Source: a virus. From it: a stretch of DNA of 64,000 nt. Shown piece after piece: positions 40,501 to 49,763 of the stretch. Below the pieces are notes generated by a model that saw only the letters and a list, made by a program, of their open reading frames with translations, had not been told where the DNA came from and searched no databases. Numbering within the stretch: the stretch's first letter is position 1; every line of letters starts with the position of its first letter. The stretch is taken from the IMG/VR virus record IMGVR_UViG_3300037493_005685, positions 1-64,000 of that record; one strand, given 5' to 3'. A program made the position numbers and the translations under genes.

Positions 40501-40647
40501 CCGTGTCAGGTAGGCTTCAAGTAACTGCAGAAGCTCTTCAGGATCGATGTTCGCTTGGATGTAGGCGTGCAGGGCCTCGGGGGACCGGCACGCCGCCTGG
40601 AGCAGTGAGGCCGCTTTGATATTCGAGATGAGTTCCACGTCGAACAA
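37561..40647 (-). CDS. 1028-aa protein with C-terminal Myb/SANT-like HTH
   Basis: FSTEEDLAILRLY...CPGRTWFVIANRANLL; the rest is unrecognised. Confidence 0.75.
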   Translation of the reverse strand: MFDVELISNIKAASLLQAACRSPEALHAYIQANIDPEELLQLLEAYLTRSYREQAPYFDSVFATNPLQNWARSKNRYNALYVKRSLHPEGIFFTVDRSPAMSFSVVDALMDLTAMFDATEESDVSCAYPSSSALGWLLLLQLPLVKAYNPFAYECILSRLYAYLATNKHLHSAAWFDHNKRSVFTPHNFYRVYQSEAEKYNVYYPGLVSHYSASQTDYLNKVRLHTERFTFKSDDPTSLSRLSSLIKNQLMCVVPSARHGYDFLSGTYLFDAGTYLDHSMGTLEAKIPSHIGATSIGAKAALPGRNNVHIESEGVDRLYAEDVTTHTRYAVMYGVAEYAALRKLKRDVRFMSHIYTSLGAIFGYAQGSSKDARTFLFNRVKDSFVEFPETADVLRDLACVGSDSLEDAFNRLYFTVSIHKFTGRVSNHCEPSGAFVRTLPAVTYLATNTWKLLSGNDARTDAYEPSTLITPSCSRQSSEYFMAYTASLASALGSYLSRPGVPRATSMNDESLFATPLYRLAAEIGVAHDNIPKETKVVKKSKYQDIFELGPYMYVNLPRYMRFLSYCGNFGTFLKGLVPVKRALKLKTEKACELFGWHPATGSGVSMLRYTEFLYRINRNIVPLLFGSIPVQSMFYTELEELEADGLAAKFHPIWIDYENSILRGSDLLETKRCFCVPISPVLSLVRGAYSKCHNGTKATFQPVKDRIIAVPKSGKKPNTRSGFNHYQLKHTLSSNGLVMPVKVLNKGYQTYVSLPWRHLHEWFGILPPKPTVVYARKISDRLKVKFATDDARKTSNRWLYMTFYDWVERDKYTDMKDLLEWWGKDFTEERRRIGSCKAVRLFSGVGFVLSLDAFDTLGAQDWGGKGNPKDIIPDFESFLLEWRNLDFSVFKKLSFKSSTAIRRRKALEDHKAAYELNKRLGNSEGKKMRLHFSTEEDLAILRLYRKDLTEDDRRELMLCCPGRTWFVIANRANLLAMKMIKEDGITDLDKLPVIRVSVQIKCVLEEARLAASQRSLGNKAIASRSRY

Positions 40648-40649
40648 AC

Positions 40650-42670
40650 CTTTCTAGTATGTAGGCAGAAATACTACAGAACCATACTTGTAGGTACACT
40701 GCCAAACCGGACCATTTTGTAGCTTGAAACTTGTACCAGATGCAACTAAATTTTTTAGGCTAAACAGGGGTAGAGGACATTAAGTTGTTTAGTACCCCTT
40801 AAAGAGTTAATAGATTTATGTCCATGTTATAGATTTAAAAGATACTCAAGTGTCACACGGTTATTAAAAAGTATGTGAGCTACAAGATACGATTAATACA
40901 GGCTTAGCCAGTAAAAAAGAGGGCTTACAAACTTATTCTGTTAAAACGTGAAAAACAGACATCGGTACAAGCCGAATAAGTCGTTAAGGAGGCTAAACAA
41001 GCAACAAAGAAAACGTAATGAAAACCAGAAAGGACAATGATTACGCTAAAGGGTAACGATTAATAAGGCGATACAAAAGGTACGATACAAACCGATTTAG
41101 TGGGTACGTTTGAGAAAGGGCCAGGTAGAAAAAAAAGAAGAACAAAAACAAGGCGAGAGGGAGCAAGCATCGTGTTTTGTAAGTATGAGACTAAGTAGTC
41201 AAGTAACAACAAAGCAACAACAAAATAACTAATAATTACAGTTAGTTAAAGGCCAAAAAGGGCGTACACGTCTTAGCAACGTAACCCCTTGTCTCTCGGT
41301 ACATACATAAGGTCAACCAATAGAGGACGAACACGAACGCACCCCTCCGGACAGAATTCGCACCTACATGTAGGGACATGTCAGTACGATGTATGTATGC
41401 AGAGCGTTTTTTTCGTGATTGGGGGGGCTTTGTTATGTAAAGAGGGAGTATTAAATAGATTGCCAAGATTTTTAGAGCAATTTCGCACCGTCTCCAACCT
41501 TGAAAATAGGCCAAGGGAAGCCTTCCTTTTCCCAGGAAAACCCCAACAACCCAACGGCGCAACGGCTCTAGCGGCCCTTCAAAGAAGGGGGGCACCTGCT
41601 GAAGACTAACGAAGTACTCATAGCAAGATAAGGCCCGGAGAACCGACCCTACAAGAGTAGCCAACAGACTTATCCGAAGAAGCGTATCCAAGAGTACCTT
41701 TAAAAAGGGCCTAATAAGGGAAAACAGGGATACACAGTCAAATAGGAACAGTATGAGATACTAATGGATAACGAGAAATGAAAAACGAATTTATAGTGAA
41801 CTAACCACTACTTACATACTATCTTATAGATTAAAAATAGTAGTAGTAGGGCTATCTGGCCTTTATCCCATCCACTCACGTTTCTCTTTGTTTCGCTGCA
41901 TTTCCCTACCTTTTCTGTGGGCTGACAAGCCTTACCTACCATTCCAACACTGCTAACCTACAGCCCTCACTTATCTTCGACTACCTCTGTCTCTAGTTTT
42001 AGCTCTTCTTCGCCGGTTTTTTACCCTCACCCTCTACCTTCGTTATGCTCGTACTGTTCTAGGGCGACTTTGACCCTCGACAAACCTGGCAAATATCCCT
42101 TCGTATCCTCTTGACCCTTTCTCGTGCAATATCCTTGTCTTACCTTGCCTGTTTTTGTGCGGTACGAACTATTGTAGGTAAATAGGCAAAAGCTGCATAC
42201 TTAAATTGAGGCTTACATTTTCGCTGAAACCTTTGTAATCCTGCACCTTTACGTGTTATGTACCTTTCATTTGTGCAATTTGTCTTATGCTCCTTCTGCA
42301 TTTCGTGTGAGTGTCCTACTGCCTATATTCGAGTACACAGTTCTTTTAAGTCTTTATCTGCCGATACAGCGCCGTTATATAACTTTTTAGCCTCTGGCTC
42401 AGCTCCCTACTTTTCTTATAGCCTTGGTATGTTCGAGTAACATTTAGGTTGTTAGTCCCTACTTCGACTGGTCGGGCTCCATTACTTTCGTCCTACTTTT
42501 CGGTGTACCAATTATAACGGATAGCGCGTATGCATGGAATCCGGTTCCACTGTTCTTGCCTCTTTGGTTACTTGTTCGGTCCAATCCCCCTTGGCTCCCC
42601 CCTCTACCGTATATAATTTTTTGACTACCTATACTTACACGTAGGTTTATTCCCTCCCTTATCCTACTGT
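40650..42670. other. Long non-coding region with purine/pyrimidine skew inversion; candidate replication origin
   Basis: No convincing ORF; A/G-rich left of about 41850, T/C-rich right of it; AT-rich core. Confidence 0.5.
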
Positions 42671-43096
42671 GTTACTTAGGTTATTTACGGCAAGCCTTGC
42701 AGACATTACGAACGCGGCTATCATCCAGAAGTACTTCGAGTGTCTCTATATCGAGCAGACCGTCTTCCAGGCGCTGCTTCATCACGCAGCCACATACCGC
42801 ACATACCCATTGTGTGTAGAAGCACTTGTGACGGACGGAGTATCTCAGACGTGGTATGAGGGAGATTTGCTGTCGCACATAGTGTTCAAAGAGCATACCA
42901 TGTACGCCAATGTACAACAGGGCCAGCACAGATACCCCAAGAGCCCAGTAATCCACGTATGTCGCCACGTCAGCATCCACATCTCCCCGGATAGCCCCTT
43001 GAACAAAGCATAGTTCACCTTTGTGACCCCCACAGCCCAAACGGCCCTTACATCTCTTGTCTTCTACGTACGTCGTTTTCGACGTAGACTTTCTCT

Positions 43097-45181
43097 ATGC
43101 AAAGACATCAATCCCACAGAGACGACGAGCCGTTTGACCTCTTTACGAAGTTGGACCCTGAGAATCCTTTGCACGTGTGGAATGACGCTGCCAACGACAC
43201 GACAGAGGGTCGTCAGCGTTTATTGATAGACGGCCCTTACGTTAAGCGCGCCTATGACTTTCAGGGAAACCTGCGTCGTTTCTTTAAGCCCAACCCTTAC
43301 AAGAAGATGCCCCTTGAGGCTCTGAGCGACATTAAGCCTTCCAGCTTCGAGGGCAAGCACCCTGACGACTTCTTGTTCTATAACAAGGCTCTTAACAAGA
43401 ACATCGATGCTCTTAGTGAAGAGGACCTAGCTGCCTTCTATCACGGGCACAAGCAAAAGGTGCAGGCTGCCCAAGAAGCCGTTGACCAAGAGGCCGCTGA
43501 GCAAGCCGCAGCTGAAGAGGCAAGGGTACAGGCCCTCCTTCAAGAGCACATCACCAAGTCCAACAAGGCCACTCACAACGTTGGCACCGATGTGATGCTT
43601 GGCACAGGTGGTCTTGGTGCAGGTCTTTACGGCGGAAAGAAGGTCTATGACACTCTGAGAGAGAAGGGTGCGGCTGCTCCTCCCACTCCTACCGAGGCTG
43701 CTCTCTTCTTGAAAGACGCCATCAAGAAGCTGACGTTGTTTCATCCTGAGAAGTTAACAAGCCCAAGGGACCTAGATTCGCTTGGAGCCCATGTACGAGA
43801 GTACGTTGCAGCTCTTCCTCCTGAGGTTAAAGCTCAGATTAACCATCTTCACGGTGACTTTGAGGCTGGGCATGCTACTGCGCATGACATCTTAAAGGGC
43901 AACATTCCGGCTCCACCCATTAAGGCTGCTCCCCCACAACCCCAACAGCCCAAACAACATAACGACGCTAGCAGCTCATCCACCTCTAGCGACGCCGCCC
44001 CCTCCAAATCCAAGTGGCCCTTGTACACAGTTTTAGGTGTAGGCGGTGCTGGGCTTCTTGGGGGTGCGGGGGCTGTTGGGCATCACCTATACAAAGAACG
44101 TGAGGCTGAGAATATGTTAAACAAAGAATCCGAGGAGCAACCCCTCAGCGAAGAGCAAATACAGACCCTACGCCTTATGTCTCTCACCCCAGAGCAGAGG
44201 GCTATGTACATGCAGGTTAACCCTGCTGGAGTACCAAAGATGGCAACCAATATGACGCCCGAGCATCTTAAGTCTCTTAGAGACGTGGATAAGAAGCAGG
44301 ACAAGACCAAGTACCTACCCAAGAAGGTGCGGGGCATTCGGGAGGAATCCAAAGAAGCAGGCGTACGTGACTTCGTAAGCCGCCACCTAGGGCGCAAGAG
44401 CGAAGAGTTTATCCAAGGCCGCAAGGCTCTTGATGTGGCTGCCAAGGCTAAGAACGAAGAAGACCTCTTGGCCGCTTATGCCAAGAAGCGCGGTCTGCAT
44501 GTGGACGAGAAGGGTGTGATTGGTAACCCACCTGCCCCTAAGGAGCCAGGGTTCCTACAACGTAACAAATGGCCGCTAGGTATGGCGGCTGCTGGAGCTG
44601 GAGGTCTGTATATGCTCAACCAACAAGACAAGATGAGTTCCTACGACGAAACCCTATGCCGCCTGGGCCTAGCCAAGCTGGCTGCCAAGATGCCGCCGCC
44701 TATTCCATTGAAGGCAAAGGGGCCTGCCGCCTCGAAGGGCAAGCCCTTCTTCACTCCTTCTCAGTCCACCGCCGCTAAGAAGATGAGTGGTCCTGCTCCG
44801 GCTAAAGCTCCTTGGGAAGAAGCCCAAGATGTAAAGCTGTCCTTTGATAGGGGTTACGTTGACGCTCTTGCTTCTCTTAAGCTCGCTGGCGCTATGGCAC
44901 AGATGCTAAAGAAGGCGCCTATCCATAGTGGCGCAGCTCCCAAAGCGTATGCTGAAGGCTTTGGTGTGAGAGCTGCTAAGCCGGTGCAAGGGCCAGGAGC
45001 TGTGGATAAGGTTAAGGGTGCTGTGAGCGGTGCTGCTGATAAGGCTAAGAGCACCTGGGACAAGATGCCTACCTGGGGTAAGGGCATGGCTGCAGGTGGA
45101 GCGGGCCTAGGGCTGTTGGGAGCGGGTGCTGGCGTAGGCTCTGCTATGTCTTCTCCTGCTCCGGTTATCGTTAACCATTAA
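43097..45181 (+). CDS. KxA/S-delimited polyprotein-like protein with four Gly-rich TM segments
   Basis: TAGACT-N6-ATG; EKGA, NKES, PKMA, SKEA, DKMS, AKLA, VKLS and LKLA sites. Confidence 0.85.
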   Translation: MQRHQSHRDDEPFDLFTKLDPENPLHVWNDAANDTTEGRQRLLIDGPYVKRAYDFQGNLRRFFKPNPYKKMPLEALSDIKPSSFEGKHPDDFLFYNKALNKNIDALSEEDLAAFYHGHKQKVQAAQEAVDQEAAEQAAAEEARVQALLQEHITKSNKATHNVGTDVMLGTGGLGAGLYGGKKVYDTLREKGAAAPPTPTEAALFLKDAIKKLTLFHPEKLTSPRDLDSLGAHVREYVAALPPEVKAQINHLHGDFEAGHATAHDILKGNIPAPPIKAAPPQPQQPKQHNDASSSSTSSDAAPSKSKWPLYTVLGVGGAGLLGGAGAVGHHLYKEREAENMLNKESEEQPLSEEQIQTLRLMSLTPEQRAMYMQVNPAGVPKMATNMTPEHLKSLRDVDKKQDKTKYLPKKVRGIREESKEAGVRDFVSRHLGRKSEEFIQGRKALDVAAKAKNEEDLLAAYAKKRGLHVDEKGVIGNPPAPKEPGFLQRNKWPLGMAAAGAGGLYMLNQQDKMSSYDETLCRLGLAKLAAKMPPPIPLKAKGPAASKGKPFFTPSQSTAAKKMSGPAPAKAPWEEAQDVKLSFDRGYVDALASLKLAGAMAQMLKKAPIHSGAAPKAYAEGFGVRAAKPVQGPGAVDKVKGAVSGAADKAKSTWDKMPTWGKGMAAGGAGLGLLGAGAGVGSAMSSPAPVIVNH

Positions 45182-45184
45182 AGG

Positions 45185-45694
45185 ATGACTACCATGACAC
45201 CCAACAACGTAAAACAGGCATACGAGCTCGGTTACAACGACGTGCTCGAGTCGCTCCATCTCAAAGAAGCTGGCTTCTTCATGAACATGGCTGGTAAGGC
45301 CCGAGATCTAGGGTCTCGTGCAATGGGCGCTAGCCCTGGACATGTGGCAGCCCGTAGAACAGCTATTAACGAAGGCCGGGCAGCTGTCCAAGGGGCAAAA
45401 GAGACGAGTCAGCTTGCTGCCACCAAGGGCAAGTTCGAGCAGAAGGTACAGAAGATTCAGGGCGGTGCTCCCACTACTCCCCCAGCTGCTGGTGCAACGC
45501 CTACCCCGGCTGCTGGCGCTGAAGGCGCTGCCACTGGTGCGGCAGACAAAGCCAAGGGTTGGTGGGCGCAGCGTTCTCCGTGGGCTAAGGCAGGTATTGG
45601 AGCTGCTGTGGGTCTGCCCATTGCTGGTGGCCTCTACGCCGCTGGTGGTATGAATCCTCCCCGGCCTCAGCAGTATCCTCCGCAGCAGCAGTAA
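45185..45694 (+). CDS. KxA-motif protein with C-terminal Gly-rich TM
   Basis: VKQAYELGYNDVLESLHLKEAG; AADKAK..W....PW.K shared with the end of 43097..45181. Confidence 0.8.
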   Translation: MTTMTPNNVKQAYELGYNDVLESLHLKEAGFFMNMAGKARDLGSRAMGASPGHVAARRTAINEGRAAVQGAKETSQLAATKGKFEQKVQKIQGGAPTTPPAAGATPTPAAGAEGAATGAADKAKGWWAQRSPWAKAGIGAAVGLPIAGGLYAAGGMNPPRPQQYPPQQQ

Positions 45695-45773
45695 GCCTCA
45701 AAACAAAAAAAAGAAAGGGAACGCACACACCATTGTGTGGTTCCCCTTCTGCTAGGCAAGGAGGCGCGCGTTG

Positions 45774-46091
45774 TTACGCGGCCTTCTTCTCCTTGGCAGC
45801 CGCAGCCGCCGCCTTGTCGCGGGCTTCGGCTTCCTTCTCGAGGCGCTTGTTGAGGGCCTTGAGCTCGACCTTGTGGTTGGCGCTGTCCTCGATGTCCGCG
45901 AGTTCCAACTTCCTGATACGGGAGTTGGACTGCAGAATCTCTTCGAAGGCCAGTCTGTCCGCGAGGACTTCCTGCTTTGCCGACCTCTTGAAGATGCTGT
46001 TGCCTCCGATGAGGCCCAATTTCTTCGCGAGGTACATGGCGCCGACCGTGGACAGAGCGATTACGATAACCGTTGCGATTGTTTTGAACAT
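45774..46091 (-). CDS. N-terminal TM plus coiled-coil protein
   Basis: Start MFKTIA with AAGGAG SD. Confidence 0.65.
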   Translation of the reverse strand: MFKTIATVIVIALSTVGAMYLAKKLGLIGGNSIFKRSAKQEVLADRLAFEEILQSNSRIRKLELADIEDSANHKVELKALNKRLEKEAEARDKAAAAAAKEKKAA

Positions 46092-46306
46092 GAGAGACTC
46101 CTTGATGTCCCCCCTAACCACGGCCTTAACCGGGGGAGGGACTGCAGGGGGATGTCTAATCCCCATTGTTTCTACATTATCTTTTACCAAGGAATAGGGT
46201 CTGTTTCTGACGTTTAGGGGGGGAGGGGGGGGTACCCCCTCCCAGAGGCAAAAGCAGAGCCCTTTCGGGGTGCTTTAGGCTCTCTTACCTCCCGGTAAGA
46301 GAACCC

Positions 46307-46696
46307 CTAGATTCCGTGGGAGACGAGGGGATTAACCTCGATCTCCAAAGAGGCAGGTGCCGTGGCGGCGGCCTTTTTGGCGGCTTTGGCAGCTGCCATT
46401 CGGGCACTGAATTCTGCGTCTCTGGCCTTCGCAACTGCCTCTTCCGCCTCATCCTCAGCTTCTTCCACCGCCTCGCAAACCGCCGAGGAGACGGACTTCC
46501 CTAGGTTGGAGAATCCTTTCTTTACCTCGGCCACGATGGCCGGGAGGCATGCCGAGAAGTCCGCGACCTCTTCGGCCAGGTCACAACCGGAGATATCGCT
46601 GCCGAAGCGCAGCATCGCGTTCATGGAGCAGGAGCCCGGCGCCGTCTTCGGCAGCTGGGCCAATACGAACAGGATGGGGTTCGGGTTGTAACGCAT
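46307..46696 (-). CDS. Hypothetical A/E/K-rich protein
   Basis: Start MRYNPN with GGAGGT SD; has its own promoter motif. Confidence 0.65.
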   Translation of the reverse strand: MRYNPNPILFVLAQLPKTAPGSCSMNAMLRFGSDISGCDLAEEVADFSACLPAIVAEVKKGFSNLGKSVSSAVCEAVEEAEDEAEEAVAKARDAEFSARMAAAKAAKKAAATAPASLEIEVNPLVSHGI

Positions 46697-46812
46697 GGTT
46701 ACACCTCCAAGTAGGGACGCAGCTTTCAAGCCCCTATAGCTCGAAATGGTCCTACATACTCTTTTACCAAAAAAGAGGCTCCTTTACGGTGTAAAGGAAC
46801 CCCTCCTAGGGC

Positions 46813-46974
46813 TTATAGCCCCATCCTGGTCATTGCGCGGTTTACATCATCGTTTACATCTTGGTTTACATCTGGTTGGGATAGTATCTCTGACGTTACC
46901 TTGGACACAATAGTGCCAAGAGCTGCCATTGCTGCGGCCTTCAAGATACTCGTCACGAGTGCTTCCCAGTTCAT
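46813..46974 (-). CDS. 53-aa hydrophobic microprotein (below the ORF-track cutoff)
   Basis: MNWEALVTSILKAAAMAALGTIVSKVTSEILSQPDVNQDVNDDVNRAMTRMGL; AAAGGA SD; promoter motif at 47022. Confidence 0.6.
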   Translation of the reverse strand: MNWEALVTSILKAAAMAALGTIVSKVTSEILSQPDVNQDVNDDVNRAMTRMGL

Positions 46975-47059
46975 TTGCGGTCCTTTCTGTTGAGAGAAAT
47001 GACCAGAGGGGTACGTACAACCTCATACCAAGTAAGAGTCTTATTTTTAAACGTGTAGC

Positions 47060-47539
47060 CTAAGTGATGTGTTTCCAGTCTTTACGGAGTTTTACTCGTG
47101 ATATCTGTACCTGGCTAACACCGTATATAATCCCTAATTCGGCTTGAGTAAGTTTGCTTACCCTTATTGCTGTAATATCTTCTGCTCGTAGCTTAGCGCG
47201 CGCATTTTTACCGTAGTTAATCCTTCCTTTATTCAACATATCTTGTATATTTTCCGCTGGTGTAGCTACAAATAAGTGCTCGGGGTTAATACACTGCGGA
47301 TTATCACACTTATGAGCTATAACCTTTCCTTTAGGTATACGCCCCACAAACACTTCATAGCTAGCTCTGTGTGCTTGTAGTGTGTGCCGCTTGTGGGTTC
47401 TAGGGTGTATGACTTCTGTTCGACCGTAACCATCCCGGTCTCTATACCCCGTCCATTCCCAACAACCGGACTCAGTATTTGTATTGTAGTGTTTTATTAG
47501 TTTTTCTTTTAAAGGCATGTAGCCAGACGCTCTACACAT
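47060..47539 (-). CDS. Free-standing HNH homing endonuclease
   Basis: CWEWTG..DGYG, AHRASY, HKCDNPQCINPEHL, ENIQDMLNKGR, C-terminal HTH. Confidence 0.9.
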   Translation of the reverse strand: MCRASGYMPLKEKLIKHYNTNTESGCWEWTGYRDRDGYGRTEVIHPRTHKRHTLQAHRASYEVFVGRIPKGKVIAHKCDNPQCINPEHLFVATPAENIQDMLNKGRINYGKNARAKLRAEDITAIRVSKLTQAELGIIYGVSQVQISRVKLRKDWKHIT

Positions 47540-47603
47540 GTGTTGTGTCCTTTCGTCACAGTAAGTACTACGTATTTTTACCCAAGAAACCTACAATTTT
47601 CGC

Positions 47604-48749
47604 ATGCAAAAGACAGCCCAAGACCTAGCCCAAGTAGTCTTTGAGAAGCTAGCCGTCTCCCGTTGGCGGGAAGCTATATATAGTGGGGAGTTGAACACGC
47701 CTGAAGCCGAGAAACTAAAGGCGTACATGGGTAAAGACCCAACACAGTACTCTGAAGGTCTTAGGCAGGGTACAATTAACCGCTTAGCTGACCGGCATAT
47801 GAGCTATGATGAACATGAGCGCTTTACCCCGAGAGAACATCTACGAAATATAAAGAATAAATATATACCAAGTGGTGCTTTACCTAAGAATTATTCTTCG
47901 ACTGAGCTGGTTACAGGTAATGTAAATGTCGCTCACCCCGAAGCTAAGAATCTAGGTTATATGGGAGGGCTTAAGGATAATCCAGAGCACCACAAGCAGC
48001 TTGCTAATCTAATTACAGGACATGAAGGACGAGAATCGGACTTCTCGTTTAAGAATTTAGATCACCGAGCCAACAAGTTATGGAATCGGTCACCTAGAAA
48101 TGAACCCATCTTCACGGACACTGAAGCCAAGAACCGAATGTCACCTCGTGACTATGCTAAAACACAGTTACGTGAGGACATAGCTAGGCAAGAAGTAATT
48201 AGTAAATTTAAGCGAAGGCATTTTAAGGAGACCTCTAGAGACTTTGCTCCAACGCCAAAGACATTACTGCCTAGAGAGGAGAGAGCTGCAACTTATAAAG
48301 CGTTGCAACACGCTTCAAACATGGAGTACGGTTACGGCGCTCCTAGAGCAGAAGTGATGAAGAACTTAGAGAACACCGTTGTAAAGCCTTTGATACGTAG
48401 AGGAGCTCATTTTGACCCTGCTGTTTTGATAGACGAGGCACGGAACGCACGTATGATGTCGCCAGAAGTAGCCAAAGCTATGGAGAATGTACGCAAGGGT
48501 ACAGGAGAACAATCCTTAGTACGTAGTGTAACTAACACGCCCGTTGGAGCAGACACCTATTTACCAGGTAAAGATGCTAAGTCGATTGCAAATAAGGTGA
48601 TGGACGAGAGTAGTAACAGGATGAAAGCTCATGCGAGCAAAATTACAGGTAAAGTCGAAGAAAATTTAACTAAGCTTGACCCGTGGGTACAGCGTGGAAG
48701 GTGGGCAGTCGACAAACTAAAGCGCGGAGTAGGACTACTCAAGAGGTAA
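47604..48749 (+). CDS. KxA-motif protein, probably leaderless
   Basis: TACAAT-N6-ATG; MQKTAQDLAQVVFEKLA; internal GHEGRE. Confidence 0.8.
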   Translation: MQKTAQDLAQVVFEKLAVSRWREAIYSGELNTPEAEKLKAYMGKDPTQYSEGLRQGTINRLADRHMSYDEHERFTPREHLRNIKNKYIPSGALPKNYSSTELVTGNVNVAHPEAKNLGYMGGLKDNPEHHKQLANLITGHEGRESDFSFKNLDHRANKLWNRSPRNEPIFTDTEAKNRMSPRDYAKTQLREDIARQEVISKFKRRHFKETSRDFAPTPKTLLPREERAATYKALQHASNMEYGYGAPRAEVMKNLENTVVKPLIRRGAHFDPAVLIDEARNARMMSPEVAKAMENVRKGTGEQSLVRSVTNTPVGADTYLPGKDAKSIANKVMDESSNRMKAHASKITGKVEENLTKLDPWVQRGRWAVDKLKRGVGLLKR

Positions 48750-48933
48750 AAAAGGGCCAGAGCCCTCTTTTCTTGTCAGTGCCCCTCCTTTTTCTTCTTC
48801 AGCCAACTTAAAATACTTCGAACAGTACCTACGAATAGCTTGGCCCATATAGATGGTTCCAGAATCATGTGCTTTACCTCCTTGTTTACTTATACCTCAA
48901 TACTACCCTTGGTATTATTCCTACAATTTTCGC

Positions 48934-49581
48934 ATGCTAACACCCTACGAACAAGGCTACCAAGACCAGCTAGAGAAGCTAGGCTTCAGCTTTAACCCTA
49001 TCAAGGGCTTAAAGAACATGTTTGGAGGGGCTAAACCAGCCGTAACCCCAACAGCCCAAGCCACCCAACTCCCCTTTGCGAAGACAAGAGTGAGTCTTAA
49101 CCCAGGCCAACCATCTCCAAGTTCAGGTATGGGGCTACCTAGGCTAGCTGAACCAGGAAAAAGGACGCCTGGGTTGTTGGCCGAGGGTAAGCAGCTACAC
49201 AAAGAACAACGCATCTACAATAAATCAGACGCTGCTATGCAGGGCTTCTACGCCCGGCACAACCCTGCCATGGTTGGGAAGCGTACAAACTGGAATCTCG
49301 ATGCTGCGGAAGCTACCATACCTTACCCCGGTGATGCTGCGCACATCCAAAACCTCCAAGAAACCGACCGGCTTAACAAGGGTATCGAAGCTATTAAGGT
49401 AAAGAAGGCTCCGCAAGCAGGTGAAGTGGCCCTTAACACCCGTATGGTACGCCAGGGTAACCAGCTAGGCAGGGAAGCTGGTAATGAAATGCCTACCGCC
49501 ATGAAGGTTGGCAGCTCTAACCAAAAAGAAGAACGCTTTGCAGCGTCCTTCTACGCGGGCCTCTACTCTTCAGTCGGCTGA
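48934..49581 (+). CDS. Motif-bearing protein (PYEQGYQDQLEKLG), probably leaderless
   Basis: Same 18-nt CCTACAATTTTCGCATGC as at 47591. Confidence 0.75.
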   Translation: MLTPYEQGYQDQLEKLGFSFNPIKGLKNMFGGAKPAVTPTAQATQLPFAKTRVSLNPGQPSPSSGMGLPRLAEPGKRTPGLLAEGKQLHKEQRIYNKSDAAMQGFYARHNPAMVGKRTNWNLDAAEATIPYPGDAAHIQNLQETDRLNKGIEAIKVKKAPQAGEVALNTRMVRQGNQLGREAGNEMPTAMKVGSSNQKEERFAASFYAGLYSSVG

Positions 49582-49763
49582 GAAAGCAAGCCCACAACGC
49601 GCTCTATCTCGATGGGGTGGATGTCCATCGATTTGAGGGCAGCGCGTAGGCCCTCTTCACGGTTTGTGTACCTCTGACGAGCGGCCTCAATCCGCTTCTT
49701 GAGGAGTTCGTACTCCTCTTTCGTCAAGTCACTGATGCGCCTCCTCATCCTCTGCCTTCCTTT

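Noticed and set aside
37561-40647. Possible reverse transcriptase or Cas effector partner for the RNA array
   Set aside because: I could find no YxDD, RuvC or HNH motif by eye, so no link can be supported.
41242-43040. ORFs inside or bordering the non-coding tract
   Set aside because: Weak starts and composition driven by the skew. 42681..43040 may be real (CxxC pairs), but its start cannot be fixed.
46217-46243. G-rich run and palindrome as a G-quadruplex element
   Set aside because: A single occurrence, equally explained as an intergenic hairpin; not enough support.
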